Of a stretch of DNA of 64,000 nt, positions 30,116 to 43,779 are shown piece after piece. The stretch lies in assembly GCF_009914755.1 (NCBI RefSeq), contig NC_060932.1; one strand, given 5' to 3'. Source of the stretch: the human T2T-CHM13v2.0 reference genome, Homo sapiens. Numbering within the stretch: position 1 is the stretch's first letter; each line of letters begins with the position of its first letter. Below the pieces are notes generated by a model. The model was not told the DNA's origin. It searched no databases and saw only the letters and a program-made list of their open reading frames with translations. The position numbers and the translations under genes are program-made.

Positions 30116-32172
30116 ATGTGATTTTCTTCAGTTCACCTGATTTAAGAGGACATAACACAAAGGCTTAAATGTGCTTTACCAGTGGGACTTGTATCCTTGT
30201 GCTCCTGCATTATGCGGATGTTCTGGACAAAGAGTGATGAGTGGACAAGACCTGGATGCCCTTGCAGGCTGAAGGTAAGTGCAAGTGAGCAAAAACCTGG
30301 AGCAGAGCCTTCTCAGGTAACTAGTCTCATAGTTTGTTATGCAGCATTACTATGGCAAATAGCTGACAGATACAATCAGATTTGGAATTTAGATAGATTT
30401 GTTTGTACACTGTGTAGAGAATGGATTGGAACATGGTAAGATAAGTAGCAGAAAAGGAAATCTGTAGCTAGTAGGTTCTTAATATCATCTCATTAGAGAT
30501 TACAGAAGCAGAATGGACAGAGTTTGGTGATGGGGCAGCCATGGAGGATCAGAGAGAGGGAGCATCCAGGATGGTGAGCTGGCCTCTGCCTGGCATACCA
30601 GGGGGGTCAGTGTGCCTGCAATAGAGACCCACGGAGCAGGAGCAAGGGAGAGGGGAAGATGAGGATGGTGGCATGGGCCTGTGGTTGTTGAGAGTTTTCA
30701 GACATCCAAGAGAAGCTATTTAGAAGGTTATAGATGTGGGAACCCGAGTAAGGAAAGAGAGGAAAATGGGGAGCTGGGTACCCATGGCCAGGAAGAGTGT
30801 GCTGTGACTGTGGTTTATAGAAATGGGCCAGGGATGGAGTCTTGGCGAGTGCAACTAGTTGAAGGCAGTGTTGACAGTGGGGGACCTGCGAAGTGCTTGA
30901 GAAGGAATCAGAGAAGAAAACAGCAAACAAGGACAGAGGCGTGTCCTGGAAGTCACTGGAGGGCACCTTTTTGGTAAACTCCTAATTTACCCTCAGCAAC
31001 AAGCTTGGTGTGACCACACTCTCATCTCTGAGCTGCATGAGCACTCTCCCTGCCGCCTGCTACACTCCTCCACCTGGGGCTGCTCAGTGCTCTTGGACAA
31101 AAGAATCTTCTGGCATCACCTGGTATTCCCTGGACAGGGCTGGCTCGTTGGTGATGAACCAGCTGACAGGGGCCACCACTGTAGTGCCTCTGGAGCAAAG
31201 CTGAAATTCTCCGTCCCTACGACCTTGAGGGGGATGGAGTGCGAATCATCACTAGCCAGGGCTCATATCATTTCAGGCACATTTTCTCTCCAGGAGCTCG
31301 ATCTCTGCTGGTGCTAACACAGCATCAGGTGTCTTGAAGGCATGTGTAATGGCTGTTTCAGGGATGCTGCAATGGTACGGTTTGGAACTCAAGCTTTGAG
31401 CCTGACTGCCGGGTTCACATTCGCGGCGATGGCTGCTCAGCCATGCACCCTGGGCGAGGTGGTCCACCTCTCAGAGCACTTGTTTTCTTTTCCGTAAAAC
31501 ATGCATGTCAGTGAGGCTCCCTGTCCCCGGGGTCATGTGAGAAGCAGATGGGTGACCTCATGCAAACACTGAGAATGGGCTGAAACATGTGAAATACTCA
31601 GCAGATGTTAGCTCTTATTCTACTTAAATAAACAGGATTTTTATTTGCACGCCTACTATGTGCCTGGCATTGTGTTAGGTGCTGGACATTCAGAAGGGAA
31701 AAAAGAACACCATTTCTACCCTCAGTGAACTTCTTTGTAACTATCCTGGGAAGTGAGCAATTAGGCAAAAAATTGTAAGACAGACTGATTTTTTTCCAAG
31801 CCCTCCAATGTACAGATTTGGAAACGGAGGCACCAGAAGCCAGTGTAGGGAAGCAGCCAGCTGTCTGCAAAATAGCAAATGGCCTGGATTCATTAGCAGA
31901 ACCCACTCTCTTTCCATTGTTTCTTCCCTGATGTCCAAATTGCTGTATAGCATCTCCAAAAAGCAACTCTCCAGCCTTTGCCCATATGGCTCTGAGGACA
32001 GAGCTCACTTCCCCATGAGACAGCAGCCCAGCCATCACAGAGTCTGCAGTAGGAACAGGCTTTTGCAGAAGGGGCCAGAGGCCACCAGGAGCACACCCAG
32101 CTCCTATCCAGCACACCAGCCTTTCAGACAGCAGGAGGCAGGGATTGAGACTGGGGTAAACAGCCTTGATCC

Positions 32173-32303
32173 CAGCACATCTGTCCCCTGGAGTCCCTGC
32201 CGAGGGCCTGCCCTGGTCTGTCCACCCCACTGAGCCTGCAGCACTCCTGTCCCCTGGAGTCCCTGCCGAGGGTCTGCCTTGGTCTGTCCCACTGAGCCTG
32301 CAG
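32173..32303. repeat. Two-copy tandem repeat, ~66-bp unit
   Basis: ctgtcccctggagtccctgccgagggcctgccctggtctgtcc...cactgagcctgcag occurs twice with few differences. Confidence 0.92.
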
Positions 32304-35300
32304 AATGGAGCACTCGGCCTGTGTTCGCTCAGCACTGACAAGGGCAGCACCAGGAGCCTCTCACCAGTCGGCTCCAAGTCCAGGCCTGTGATATCGAGGA
32401 GAGGCATGAGGGAGCTGGTTAGTGCCCCTCCACTGTTCCGGAGGCTCCAAGGCACCTTCCAGTTTTCTTACAGCTTTGATTGGACAATGTAGCTGGTTTT
32501 GGCTCCAGAGCTTGATTGAAAGCGATGGGTATCGACTCCATGGGGAGAGTTAGGAGCCAACAAGCCACCTTTATCTCCTTCTCCCCTTGTGCAGTGACCT
32601 TGAAAGGCACATGCTGAAGTTGAAGTTGGCAATGTCCCAAGATGAAAACAGCTGGGTAGCCTGAGCCGCCACATGCAGGGCTCACGTAGGACACTGCAAT
32701 TTCCATCAGACTTTGACCCGGCAGTGAAGAAACCTTTGTTGTTCCATCTTAGGTTGTTGGGATTGTGGAGTTTGTCAGTATTGTAGCAGCAGCCTCTTCT
32801 GTCCTGACTGAGACAGAATCAGACCTGGTTTTTAACCCTGGTTGATCAGTTATGAACTGTGGCTACAGACACATAACTAATAGTCTCTGTGCCTCAGATC
32901 TTCCATGAGGATACCACCCCCATGTCATTCATGGGGGTTGTTGTGAGAATTAAAGGAGAAAATGCGTGTGAAATGCTTGGCACACAGAAAGGACTCAGAA
33001 AAGTCTGCCTGCCGTCTTTCCTTAATATATACTATGTCACCTTATACCCATTTTATAGATTAAGAAACTGAGGTTCAAAGAAGTCAGGTTTTCCCCATTG
33101 GTCACACAGCTAAGAAATCACTGCAGAGTCAAGGATGAAGGGTGGGAGAGGGAGGCCAAGTAGAAACACCAAGGTGTGGAGGTCTGGGCAGGCAGGAGCC
33201 GGTGGTGCCACGTGGCCCTGTGAAGCCGTGGGCAGCTGGTCAGACACTCACCCTTGCTTGGGGCTTTGACATTTTCCAACTGGACACAGACTTCTTCTCA
33301 ATCTATTTTGTTAGCTGGATGACAGAGATATAATCTCCTCATCTGGAAGGTGTTGTCCTTGTTACTATCTAAGATCAAGTTCTTTTAAGTTCTGGCCTTA
33401 CACGTGGGTGTGTGGCTTTTCCCTTGAGGTTTTCAGCTTGTGTCTGGTTCCCAACCAAACCCCATGTTGAATCTGGTGGAAGGTGGGTCCGTTGCGCCCT
33501 CTGGTGGCCACCATCACCAGGCGCTCTTGGCCAAGGTCCTAATGAATAAACCTGGCCGTTGGGCCGGACCAGCTCTGTCGCCGTGAGCCAGCCATGGGCA
33601 CTCATCTTCAAAGTGCTTTTCTCTGGAGCAACACCGTCCCCTGTCCCCACACCCCTGGGGAGTATGGCGCACTTGCAATCTTTACCCGGGACTCAGGAAC
33701 CCCAGCCCTTGCGATTTAAGTTCTGGCTACATCCCTAACCCCCTGGTAAGTCACTTAACCTCCTTGAGTGAAGCTCAGTTTCCTCTTTAAATTCCCCTCT
33801 CGAGAGACCAATGCCTCTTGGCAGGATTGTTGCAGGATTAAACGAGCTTAATGGAGGTAAAGCACTCAGCCCCCGTTGCCAGCGTGTGAAAAAGAACCAG
33901 CCGCGGTCATTAAAAGCTCCTTTATTTCATGGGTGTTGCAGCTGTCTGGCTGCCCGCCCGTCCCCCCACTAACTCTCACACTCTGGTGGCAGAGACCTTC
34001 TCTTGCCCATCTCTGTATCTCTAGTCCCCATGGCCCTCAGTGCGTATTTGCCAAGTGAAATATATACATAAAGCACATTCGCTTATCACAGTCCTGTGAG
34101 GCAGACACCCCCGGAATCACTGTTCCCGGTTTGCAGAGAGGGTCTATCCGTGGACCCCGGTCTTTGACTGCTGGGGCCTGTGACTGTCCATGGGTGTCCA
34201 TGACCCAGTCATGGCGCCCTCTAACGCATCCTCTCTAACTTCAACCCGGCCCTCCACCCTAGCCACCAGCTGCCTGTACTCACAGTCATTTTCTCCGACG
34301 GTTCACAGTCCATGGGAAAACGTTCCTCCATTGTTCTCTCCTCCTGCCTTCGCCTCAGCTCAGCATTTTATCTCCCCAACTCTAGGGGAAAAGGAAGCTA
34401 TCAGACGGCAATGACCTCAGCTTCGTGCCGCTAAAGCTGTCTGCCCCTGCCTGGATCCCCACCCCGGCCCCTCACCATCCTCTTGTGATGGAGGCGGGGG
34501 TCCCTCCAAGCCCCTTCCCTCTCGAGGGCCCTGCTCCACACTCCTCCTTCTCTCTGCTGCATCTTCCTCTCTCTACTGGCTCCTTCTGGACAGCATTTAA
34601 GTCTGCTGCAGTCTCTGCTGCTAGACAAAGCATCCTTCCTCAAATATGTGACCTTCTCCTTTAACCCTGCACCCACCCCTCATGGCCCTTCCCTGTTTCT
34701 CTCCTGGTACACTGCTGGAGTGCCCTACTCACTCCTTATACATGGGTCTTTGTAGCTATTACTCTATTCCAGCCTAGTTTCCACCTCCATCCCAAAGAGA
34801 GCTTGCTCTTACCCAGGCCATACATGGTGCCCCTTCACCTCTCTGGGGACAGGCGTCACCAGGGCAAGGCCTCAGTCTCCTTGAAGTGACCTTGCTATAG
34901 CCTCAGAGGCACCACGAAGCCAGAGACCTGTGGCCTCCCTGGCTGCTTCTTCTAACCTCCTTTCCTGTATTTTGCTCCTTGGACCATCTCATTCAACTCC
35001 CTGCAGGCCACATGCAGACCCAGGGCTTCGTGATCTATAGCCTGATGAGGCCCAGATTTCTGTCTCCAAGTGGGTGGGGTCTTAGGGCCTCAATCCCATT
35101 ACCCTCAGTATGGGCTCTGAGCTAATGGAGGGATTGATTCAGGAACCACCTGCAGCTGTGTTCTGAGTCAAGCTGAATTGGGGCATGTGGCTTAGAATTG
35201 CAGCAAAATGTCCCTGCTCGTTATCTCATCCAGTTGAACTGACTTTCTATACCCAAACACAACCTCCTCTTTGCGGCAGCCCCATCAGCCTGGAAGGTGA

Positions 35301-35731
35301 GCCACATGGAGCCACGTGGGGGCCCAGAAAACAGGAAGCCTCTGCTTTTCACAGCTGAGCTGAGAGGTGACTGAGCTGAGGGCCCCAGGGTCTGATCAGT
35401 CAGCTGAGTCTTTTCCACCTGCAGGAGGTGCAGTTCCAAGGGAATCAGAGGAGGGCAGAGCTGCCGTATTCGGGGGGCTTAGGGCTGGGGAGAGGGAGAA
35501 AATGGTTCCCTGCACCAAGCTCCCTCCTCGACCACCATCTGCAGCCCGCTACTCCATGTCCCCTGCTTGGCAGACATGGGTCATTAGTCTACCCCTTACA
35601 GCAACCTTTCAGGGCAGGTGTTATTATTACTTCTATATTTTGAGGGGGGAAACTGAGGCTCAAAGAGGCCAAGTCCCTTGCCTGCCTGAGGTCCCTTACC
35701 CTGTGAAATGGTGGCAGTGTTAGTGTGGGCA

Positions 35732-36082
35732 TGTGAGTCAGCTTAGGCTACCATTAAAAAAATACCATAGATCACTGATTTAAATAGAAATGTATTTTCT
35801 CACAGTTCTGGAGGTTGGAAATCTGGGATCAGGGAGCCAGCGTGGTGGGGTTCTCGTGAGGCCCCTCCTCCTGGCTGCTGATGGCTGCCTTTCACTGCAG
35901 CCTCACATGGTAAAGAAGTCTCTGGGGTCTCTTCTAGGGCACTAACCTGATCATAAGAGCCCCCAGTCACTTCATCAAACCTTAATTACCTCCCAAAGGC
36001 CCCATCTCCAAATACCACCCCAACAGGGTCTTAGGGTTTCAACATATGCATGGGTGGGGGTGGCACAATTCAGTCTCTAGCA
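35732..36082 (-). mobile_element. MLT1A0-like MaLR LTR
   Basis: tattttctcacagttctggaggttggaa...aaccttaattacctcccaaaggccccatctccaaatacca...tagggtttcaacatatg. Confidence 0.8.
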
Positions 36083-37345
36083 GTAGGACTGGAGTCAAGC
36101 ACTTGCAAGATATTGGGGGGATACGGGCACGTAACAGCTGCATCTCTGAGAAGCAGGTAACCTGGAATTTGCTGAACTATGAGGACCTCAAGTTTCAGCT
36201 GAAAATGACCAGGAGAGCTTTGACTCTGACACGTGGATGAAGCTTCACCTTGTTCTCCAGGAATGGTTGGGCCCAGCACAGGCATCAGAGGGAGGGAGGG
36301 GGCAGGGCAGATAGATACATTGTTACCATCATTGCTATAGGGAATGTCATCAGGGTAATATCCCACAGGTGTTTGAAAATGACCCCCAGAATCCTTGAAT
36401 GAAGCAATGGAAACAGCAGAGGCTGGCTCTTCCCCAGCAGGCGAGGAAGGCCTGGAGAATCATAGATATTTCCTCTCCAGGTCCCCTAGGGCATCAGCTT
36501 CCTGGACATGCCTCAGATAGCCTCTGTCCCCTAGTAGGGGAGGAGACTCTGAGGGCACACAGACAATTTCCTTTTGTGGCATGCAGACATTCAGTGAATC
36601 CTGTGTGAATAAACCACCTGCCAGAGGCATTGGGAGGACAAGCGGGGAGGCTCCTATGACTGGACATTGGAGGACAGGGCCACCCCCACCCCCTACCCTG
36701 CTAGGTGACACTGTGGTCAGGCAGGACGGCTGCCCCTGGAAGGTGCTCACTCACAGTCAGGGGCAAAGTGGCAGCCTCTGAGGGTCACCCCTGGTCACTG
36801 TGGGCCATCGACAAAAGAAAAGAAAGAAAAGAAAAACGAGGGGGCATGGGTGGGAAACACCAGCCATGGCTGAATGTAGAGAATGACCCAACAGGGTCGC
36901 CACACTCTCCTTTCAATCCCTGTGCACATTAAATATCCTGGGAAAGCGAAGAGGAAATCGGAAAGTTCCACTTAGGAACTTCTTTTTAGTCCCTTCGCTT
37001 TTTGTTGACGGCCAAGCATGTGTTTGGAGCAGCCTCGCGGTTATTCCTAGGACTTCCCAGCGTTCCCAGGCCAAATCCTGGGAGGATCTGCATTTTGGGG
37101 AGGGGTCGGGGGGGTGCAGAAGCAGATGGGCCTTGGCTCTGGTCCCAGCTTCCAGGCAGGTGCCGGGGTGTCTTGGAGGAATGCCTTTAGGCCCTCAGGG
37201 CTGTCCAAGGAGGGCCCTGACAATTTCTTTCCCTGGCCATGGGCTCTAGCCTGAGACCAGGGTGCGATGTGCAGGACAGGGCGGCCAGGCGCTGGAGCCC
37301 TACAGAGCTGGCCTGGAAAAGCGGGCGGCGGGGCCGACTGCAGCA

Positions 37346-37380
37346 TAGCACCACCTCGTGGCCGCTGGTCCACATTGCAG
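37346..37380 (-). promoter_or_regulatory. Candidate CTCF site (core plus upstream ZF9-11 motif)
   Basis: Minus strand reads CTGCAATGTG-GACCAG-CGGCCACGAGGTGGTGCTA. The core closely matches TGGCCACCAGGGGGCGCTA, and a TGCA(G/A)T upstream motif sits at the known 5-6-bp spacing, in non-repetitive CpG-containing sequence. Confidence 0.65.
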
Positions 37381-38659
37381 CTGTGATGTGAGGCCAACCA
37401 GGAGCGAATTTGGGGGAGGCTGTGTCTCCTATAGAACGGATGGCTGGGTGGGAGCGCGTGTTAGCGCCAGATGACGGCAGGGCCCTGTAGGGAGAGGACA
37501 GAGAAGTGATAGGGCAAGGAGGAAAGGGAACTCTAGAGTTGAAGAAACAACTTAAAGATACACGGGCAACATGAAGGCCCGTGGCAGGGGGCAGGAGCAG
37601 GACAGAGGCATGGGGGGAGGGAAACAGACCGGGCTCCCCGACAGAGCCTTGCTGTTCATTTCAGTCTTGCACACAGCTCCTTCTCCTCTCCCGTGTCTGA
37701 TGTACTAATAACTAACATTTGTTGTTGTAAGCCTTTTGCGTGTGTTAACTCATTTTATCCTCTATGTGTATTTATATAGAGGTATTATATCATTCCAAAC
37801 TTATCCATCAGGAGATTAGGCAGCGAGGTTAAGTAACTTGCTCGGACTCACACAGCTAATAGGTAGGACCCAGGGCGGCCTGGCTCCAGAGCCCCTGTGT
37901 GAATCTCTGCCCCATCCTTCCTCTGGGGGCTGCCCTCAGAAGGTCCCCATAGACAGTGTCTCAAATAACTCAACGTCTTTGCTAAGCACAGAGTGACAGG
38001 GAGGCGGCAGGGCAGACAGGAGGCCCGGGACTGGAGAGAGGCGCCTGGCTGTGAACCCACCTCCGCCCTCAGCCATGCAGCAGCCCGCAGGGCTGTTCTG
38101 AGTTAAAGATCACGCCCATGGAGGTATTGTGTGCCATACAAACTGGGAGGCCTGGTTACTGTGTATACCAATTTTATCTTACAGGCTCGCAACATTGGGT
38201 TTCTGAATCTGTTTTTTTTTTTTTTTAAAGGGAGATTAGTGCCAACTTTGGACCAAACTCTTGTCCATCCCTGGGTGTGCCCGTCTCTGTCGGGGGAGGA
38301 CAGACACTAGCCCAGCCCAATCAGGCCCTGGCCAAGGTGAATTCACTCAGCAAACGTTCAAGCAGGTGGTGCATGTCTACTGGGCCTCTGGAGATGCTTT
38401 TGTTTTTACTCCCACATCCCCTCTGAAGGCCAGTGTTGTCGCGCCCATTTAATACATGAGACACGCAGCTGAGGTTCAGAGAACTTAGGTGACTCGCCAG
38501 TCACACGGCAGGTAATGGGACTCCTGGGCTTGAGAAGAGGCCTCTCCAAGGCCTACGCTGGGGCTCTCCTCTGTATCCTGAATTCTGGCCATTCGGTAGT
38601 GGCGACGCCAACCCAGGAGGCCCTCTGAGTTGGAGTGTTGAAGGAGGCGCAAATGCATG

Positions 38660-38715
38660 ACCCTTGTAGAAAAGCAACAAACACACCCAAACAATAAAAT
38701 AGCTCTTTGTTTATT
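38660..38715 (-). terminator. Polyadenylation signal and GU-rich downstream element
   Basis: Minus-strand AATAAA at 38710-38715, followed after ~15-45 nt by ttttattgtttgggtgtgtttgttgctttt (CstF-type U/GU-rich element). Confidence 0.8.
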
Positions 38716-40805
38716 CACTTTGATTTGGATCATTGGAAATATTAAACAATAAATAAAACAGAGCGGGGGCTGAGGAAAGCAGGATCTTGCTGAAGTCATT
38801 CGAATGCATCCCAACCAGTGCTCAGCTGCGTAACGACATGGAGAGAGGCAGGGGGGAATAGAAAGCAAATTTAAAAACACCAACACCCAAACACACAAGA
38901 CTGCACACAAGAAAAAGTGCTCAAGAAACTTTGGCTTTGAAGGGAATTCAGTGAAGGGAAGCGATTGTGCAGGAGGAAGGGAAGAAACCCACGATCACCC
39001 TAAGGGGCGGGGGGCTGGAGGGCGAGGCCCTGAGACAGGCTAGGGTTAAAGCTGACGTCCCACAGCTCAGGACGTACAACCGATGGCAGTTTTGTACTAG
39101 GAAGAAGCTGAGTGATGAGGCTGGGTGATGGGATCGCTTGACGGGCTGGGAGGGAGGACAGGAGGTGTAAAGGTGGCTCACCTTCCCCTAGGAAATTCAG
39201 TGCTCTTTTGGTAAGAAAAAATAGTCGGTAATGCCCTGATCCTGACAAGCTGTGAGATGCTGTCTTGCCTGTCTCTGCCTTTTCTTCTAAGTTTTCCTCC
39301 TTTTCTTTGCACAGGTGTCAGGTAGCACCCCAGGGGTGCAGGAGCTGGTGTTTTCATGACAAACAAAAATGGGGAGGTTGACTCTATCTCAAAACTAGCT
39401 AGCCCAGTCCACAGGGCAGGATAATCCTGATGGCGTGTAGCCACATTTGCTGCAAACCAGATGTCTGCGATGGATATAATGATACCCCCGGGGCTCTTCT
39501 CAGGGGTGAGGACAGGTGCTGGTTCCTGATGGTGCATGGCTGGTGTCCAGTCATCTTTAGCTGGGCAGTGGCCCCTCGAGGCTCGGGCTTCCCTGCACAA
39601 GGTATTTTTGATCCTTGCCAGCGGAGGGAGAGAGAGTTATCTTGGTTTCCTTTCACTTGTTTTCGGGCTGCTTCAAAGCAAACATCCCAGTTCCAAATGT
39701 TCTTTGTGGTTTGAATCCTGGCAGAGGCCAGGGTCACATCCAAGTGGGACTGGCCTCTAGCACCACCTTCTGGCCACAGCAGAGAATGGGATTCCATCAA
39801 AGCCTCTCAACCAGCCGTTTCCCTAAAGAATCACCCAGATCTTAACTGCCCTCTCCACCTTCTTTTTTTTTTTCCCTCCTATTTTACATTCTATTTTCTC
39901 ATATCCAGCTTTTCTCTCTAAGCCTAACCAAATGCTTTGGTGAATGATGCTTGGAAAAGCTGGAGTTTTAAAAGGCATTCATCCATTTATGAACTTTCTT
40001 CCAGCCCAGGATCCCTGCAGAGAACCAGAGGTTACAAATCTGCCCTCCTTTCTCCCCTAAAAGGTGGCTGAGGGGAGGAGAGGTGCATGTAGCTCCAGCT
40101 ATAGCAAATCAGTGCCCTGACTCACTGGGGAGACCCAGGGGGTTGGGATGTTGCTGACACCTCATGGGCCACCTCATCAGCCCATCTTTGTAGCTTCAGG
40201 TTCAGCTCTGGGTGCTGCAGGCAGGGACCCCTCTGCTCCCTGCCTGAATGCAGGGCCAGTCTCCAAGGAACTCTGTCTGCAGAGTAGAAAGAGCTGTGGG
40301 CTGGGAATCAGGGGCCTGAGGGAGCCCCTGCCACTGCCTGCCCAGAACCAGTGCTCCTCATTCTCCTGCTGACAGCATGCATGTGCCTTTTGGCTAACAC
40401 ACACTCTTGTCTAATTCCCAGCCACCTTCACCCCAGGGATGAGTTCCAGTTGGTTTAAGCCAGACTGGTGCATTTAATTCTGGCTGCAACAACTGGATTC
40501 TGTTAAGTGCCCATTGCTAAGCCAATGAGCTATCTGCTGGGCTGTGGGAAAGAGAAATGCAGTCTCCTGCACGGGAGGGTGTGAGAAGGCCACCCAGGCA
40601 GCCTGCAGCTAGAGCTCGGCGCTGAGAGAGCACAGGAGAGTCAGACACCTCCATTCTGGTTACACTTTTTCCAGATGCTGAATGGAGACTCGCTGGGAAA
40701 GCCCGCCTCCAGACAATTTCAACATAGCGCCGGTAACACCCTAGTTTTGCTCAAACTCTGACTTGTGCTATCTGTCCCAGACAGTTCACGACTGCCCGTC
40801 ACTTC

Positions 40806-41876
40806 CCTCCTTCACACTGCACCAGGAAAAGGCCACACCTCCCTACACAGCAGCAGCCTTTTAGGAAATGTGCTCTACAGGAAAAGTGGTTTTTCTGATT
40901 AAACATCAGGAACTAGAGTCAACAATCGCTGTCCTCTCCCGTGCCTGTCACGCTCCACTCCCCACCCAGCTGCAATGTGGCCTTGATTTTCTCATCAGTA
41001 AAATGGGAAAGCTGGATTTGGAGGCTGGAAGAGATCTCACAGCTTGACCACCCTAGTAGGAGGGAGGGAGACCAGACGGAGGCCAGGCAACCGACCCAGG
41101 CAGCATCTGGCTCAGACGCAGACACATCTTCATGTTGAGGGACCTATTCTTACACAGCAAAACCCAGAGAAGTCGACTGCTCAGCCTGAGCCTGTCATCC
41201 CTATATAGACTCAGCTTTTAGGAGAAGAGGGAGAGTTGAGGAGATAGCATCGCTCTCTGTATCAGTGTCTGATGATCTGGAGTCTGCCCCTGGGGTCACT
41301 CAGTCACTCAACAAACATTTGTTGAGCTCTTAACGTCATATATGGGTGTGAGCTCTGCCCTTCGAGGCTGTATGTTCTGAATGATGACTCAGTGATTTAC
41401 CAGCCTTTCTCAGAAAAAAGAAAAGTCTTTAAAGTTTTGGAGGATTTTAAAGCTGAAACAGGTTTTCGGTTTGTTTAACACATTCCCCATTCTGAACCTT
41501 TGAGAATCTAATAAAAGCTATGGTCCTTTCTCCAGAAAAATGCTCATATGCAGAGATTCAGGGAAAAAACCAAACTTGGCACGCAACTTCCGGGGACTCT
41601 TGTGAATGGCCTGAAGCCACCTGTGACCCATGACTGATGTCCCCAAGTTCCTCCCTCCCCGTGTGCAGAGGGGGCTCCCCCGAGCCTGGGAGCACAGGCC
41701 CCATGCCTCCGTCACACTCCACCAGGAAAAAGTCACGCCTCCTCAAAGCAGCAGCGACCTTTTCAGGGATATTTTCAACAAGAAAGTGGTTTTTCTGCTT
41801 AAACATTAGTAACTGGAGCCAACAATCACCGTCCCCCACATTCCTGTCACTCTCCACTCCACACCCAGCAGCAATA
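40806..41876. repeat. Diverged ~170-bp direct repeat pair in the 3'UTR (40806-40976 and 41706-41876)
   Basis: Shared blocks caccaggaaaa, aaagtggtttttctg(a/c)ttaaacat, aacaatc, cctgtcac, ctccactcc at a ~900-bp offset. Confidence 0.9.
41494..41632. mobile_element. MER103-like hAT-Charlie fragment in the 3'UTR
   Basis: cctttgagaatctaataaaagctatggtcctttctccagaaaaatgctcatatgc. Confidence 0.55.
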
Positions 41877-42389
41877 AGGTTTCACGGAGTTTTGGAGACT
41901 CCTAGCCTGAGAATAAATCCAAGTCCACAATGAGGAAGAAGGAAGGTTGGGTTGGGACGGGAGGATGCTGAGGACATTCCACAAACCATCCAAGCCCTAG
42001 ATACCCCCAATATCCCACGTCCGAGGACTCCTACAAACCTCCCTTAAGCACCCCCACCTAATTTCCCAGCTACTGGGTGAGGCAAGCTTCATTAAAACAC
42101 CAGGACCACCAACAGAGCCAGGGTGCAAACAATGTCAGTTGAATAAAAAAAAGAAATCAATAAATAATCAGGAAGGCTAATGAGGAAAAGAGAGTAGCTG
42201 GGGAGTAAGAAGATGAGGTATGTGGCAGTTACCATTCCTGGGATGTCCTTGACCCAGACCCCCAGTGACAGCCCCAAGATGGCCAGCAGGGACTTGACCC
42301 TGAGCTCAGGCCCTTGGGGAAAATGCTGCTGGCAGCCTCCTGTGTGGCTTTGGAGGTTACGGGCACCATATTGAACAGTCTGAGAATGA

Positions 42390-43036
<647 letters not shown>

Positions 43037-43605
43037 TCAAGTTTCTGTGAAAATCTTTGGGGTAGGAGCCTCTGGTGGCTCATAAATGAGCTTTGGGAAG
43101 ATGACAGGGTTATCACGCCAAGCAAGAGGCCAGGCTTCGTGCAAAGAAGGGCAGCATCTCGCCCCGAGCGCCAACACCGCCTGGCACGTCTCTGTGCTGG
43201 AGGTAATCGCCACTCAAGTCTCTGCCCATCTTCCTGGGAAACTGTCCTGTCTCTCAGAATATAGGCATCTTCCACATTCATTCCCCAAGCTTGCCCCAGG
43301 AGCCAAAATGATTTTAGTGTGTGGAGGTTGAACCTTTCCCAGCGTCTCCCCAGCTCTAGGGCAGCAGTGGGGGGACGTTGTCCCCACTCAAGACAGGTTC
43401 CAAGACATGCTCTGCCACGCTGGCAGAGCTTAGTGACCTTGCTGAGTAGATGCTGCCAACGGCTGGGTGCAAGAGGCTGTGAGCGGTGCCCAGGCACACA
43501 CCTGAGGCTGCCCCTCCAAGCTCCGGGATGGAACGGCTCCAGCAAGATGCTGGGGCTGGAAATGCAGAGGTGTGACAGTGCGTCCATCCTCAGCCCTTCA
43601 CTGCG

Positions 43606-43779
43606 TCATCTCCCCTTGAAGATCCGGATTTTATTGATGGAGGCCAAGGTGGCCGTCACGTTAGACTCAAAGTCTGCATCGTGCACCCCCGTCTTGCGAA
43701 AAGCCCCCGCGGATGGGTTGTTCTCCCAGTAGTGGTGCCAGTTCCCTTTGCTGTCTGCCCCGAAGCCGTACAAGTCCAC
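43606..43779 (-). CDS. ST3GAL1: ST3GAL1 last coding exon (end of motif S, motif III HHYWE, sialylmotif VS HDADFE, stop TGA)
   Basis: Encodes [57 protein letters not shown]. Acceptor ctcccacag|GTG. The six exons sum to 306+197+180+46+120+174=1023 nt, i.e. 340 aa plus stop. Confidence 0.98.
   Translation of the reverse strand: MDLYGFGADSKGNWHHYWENNPSAGAFRKTGVHDADFESNVTATLASINKIRIFKGR

Noticed and set aside
31598-32455. 285-aa minus-strand ORF as a novel gene
   Set aside because: No recognisable domain. The internal repeat comes from the 66-bp duplication and the C-terminus runs through L2-like sequence.
43630-43635. Minus-strand AATAAA just before the stop codon
   Set aside because: It is the Asn-Lys codon pair within INKI, and no GU-rich downstream element follows.
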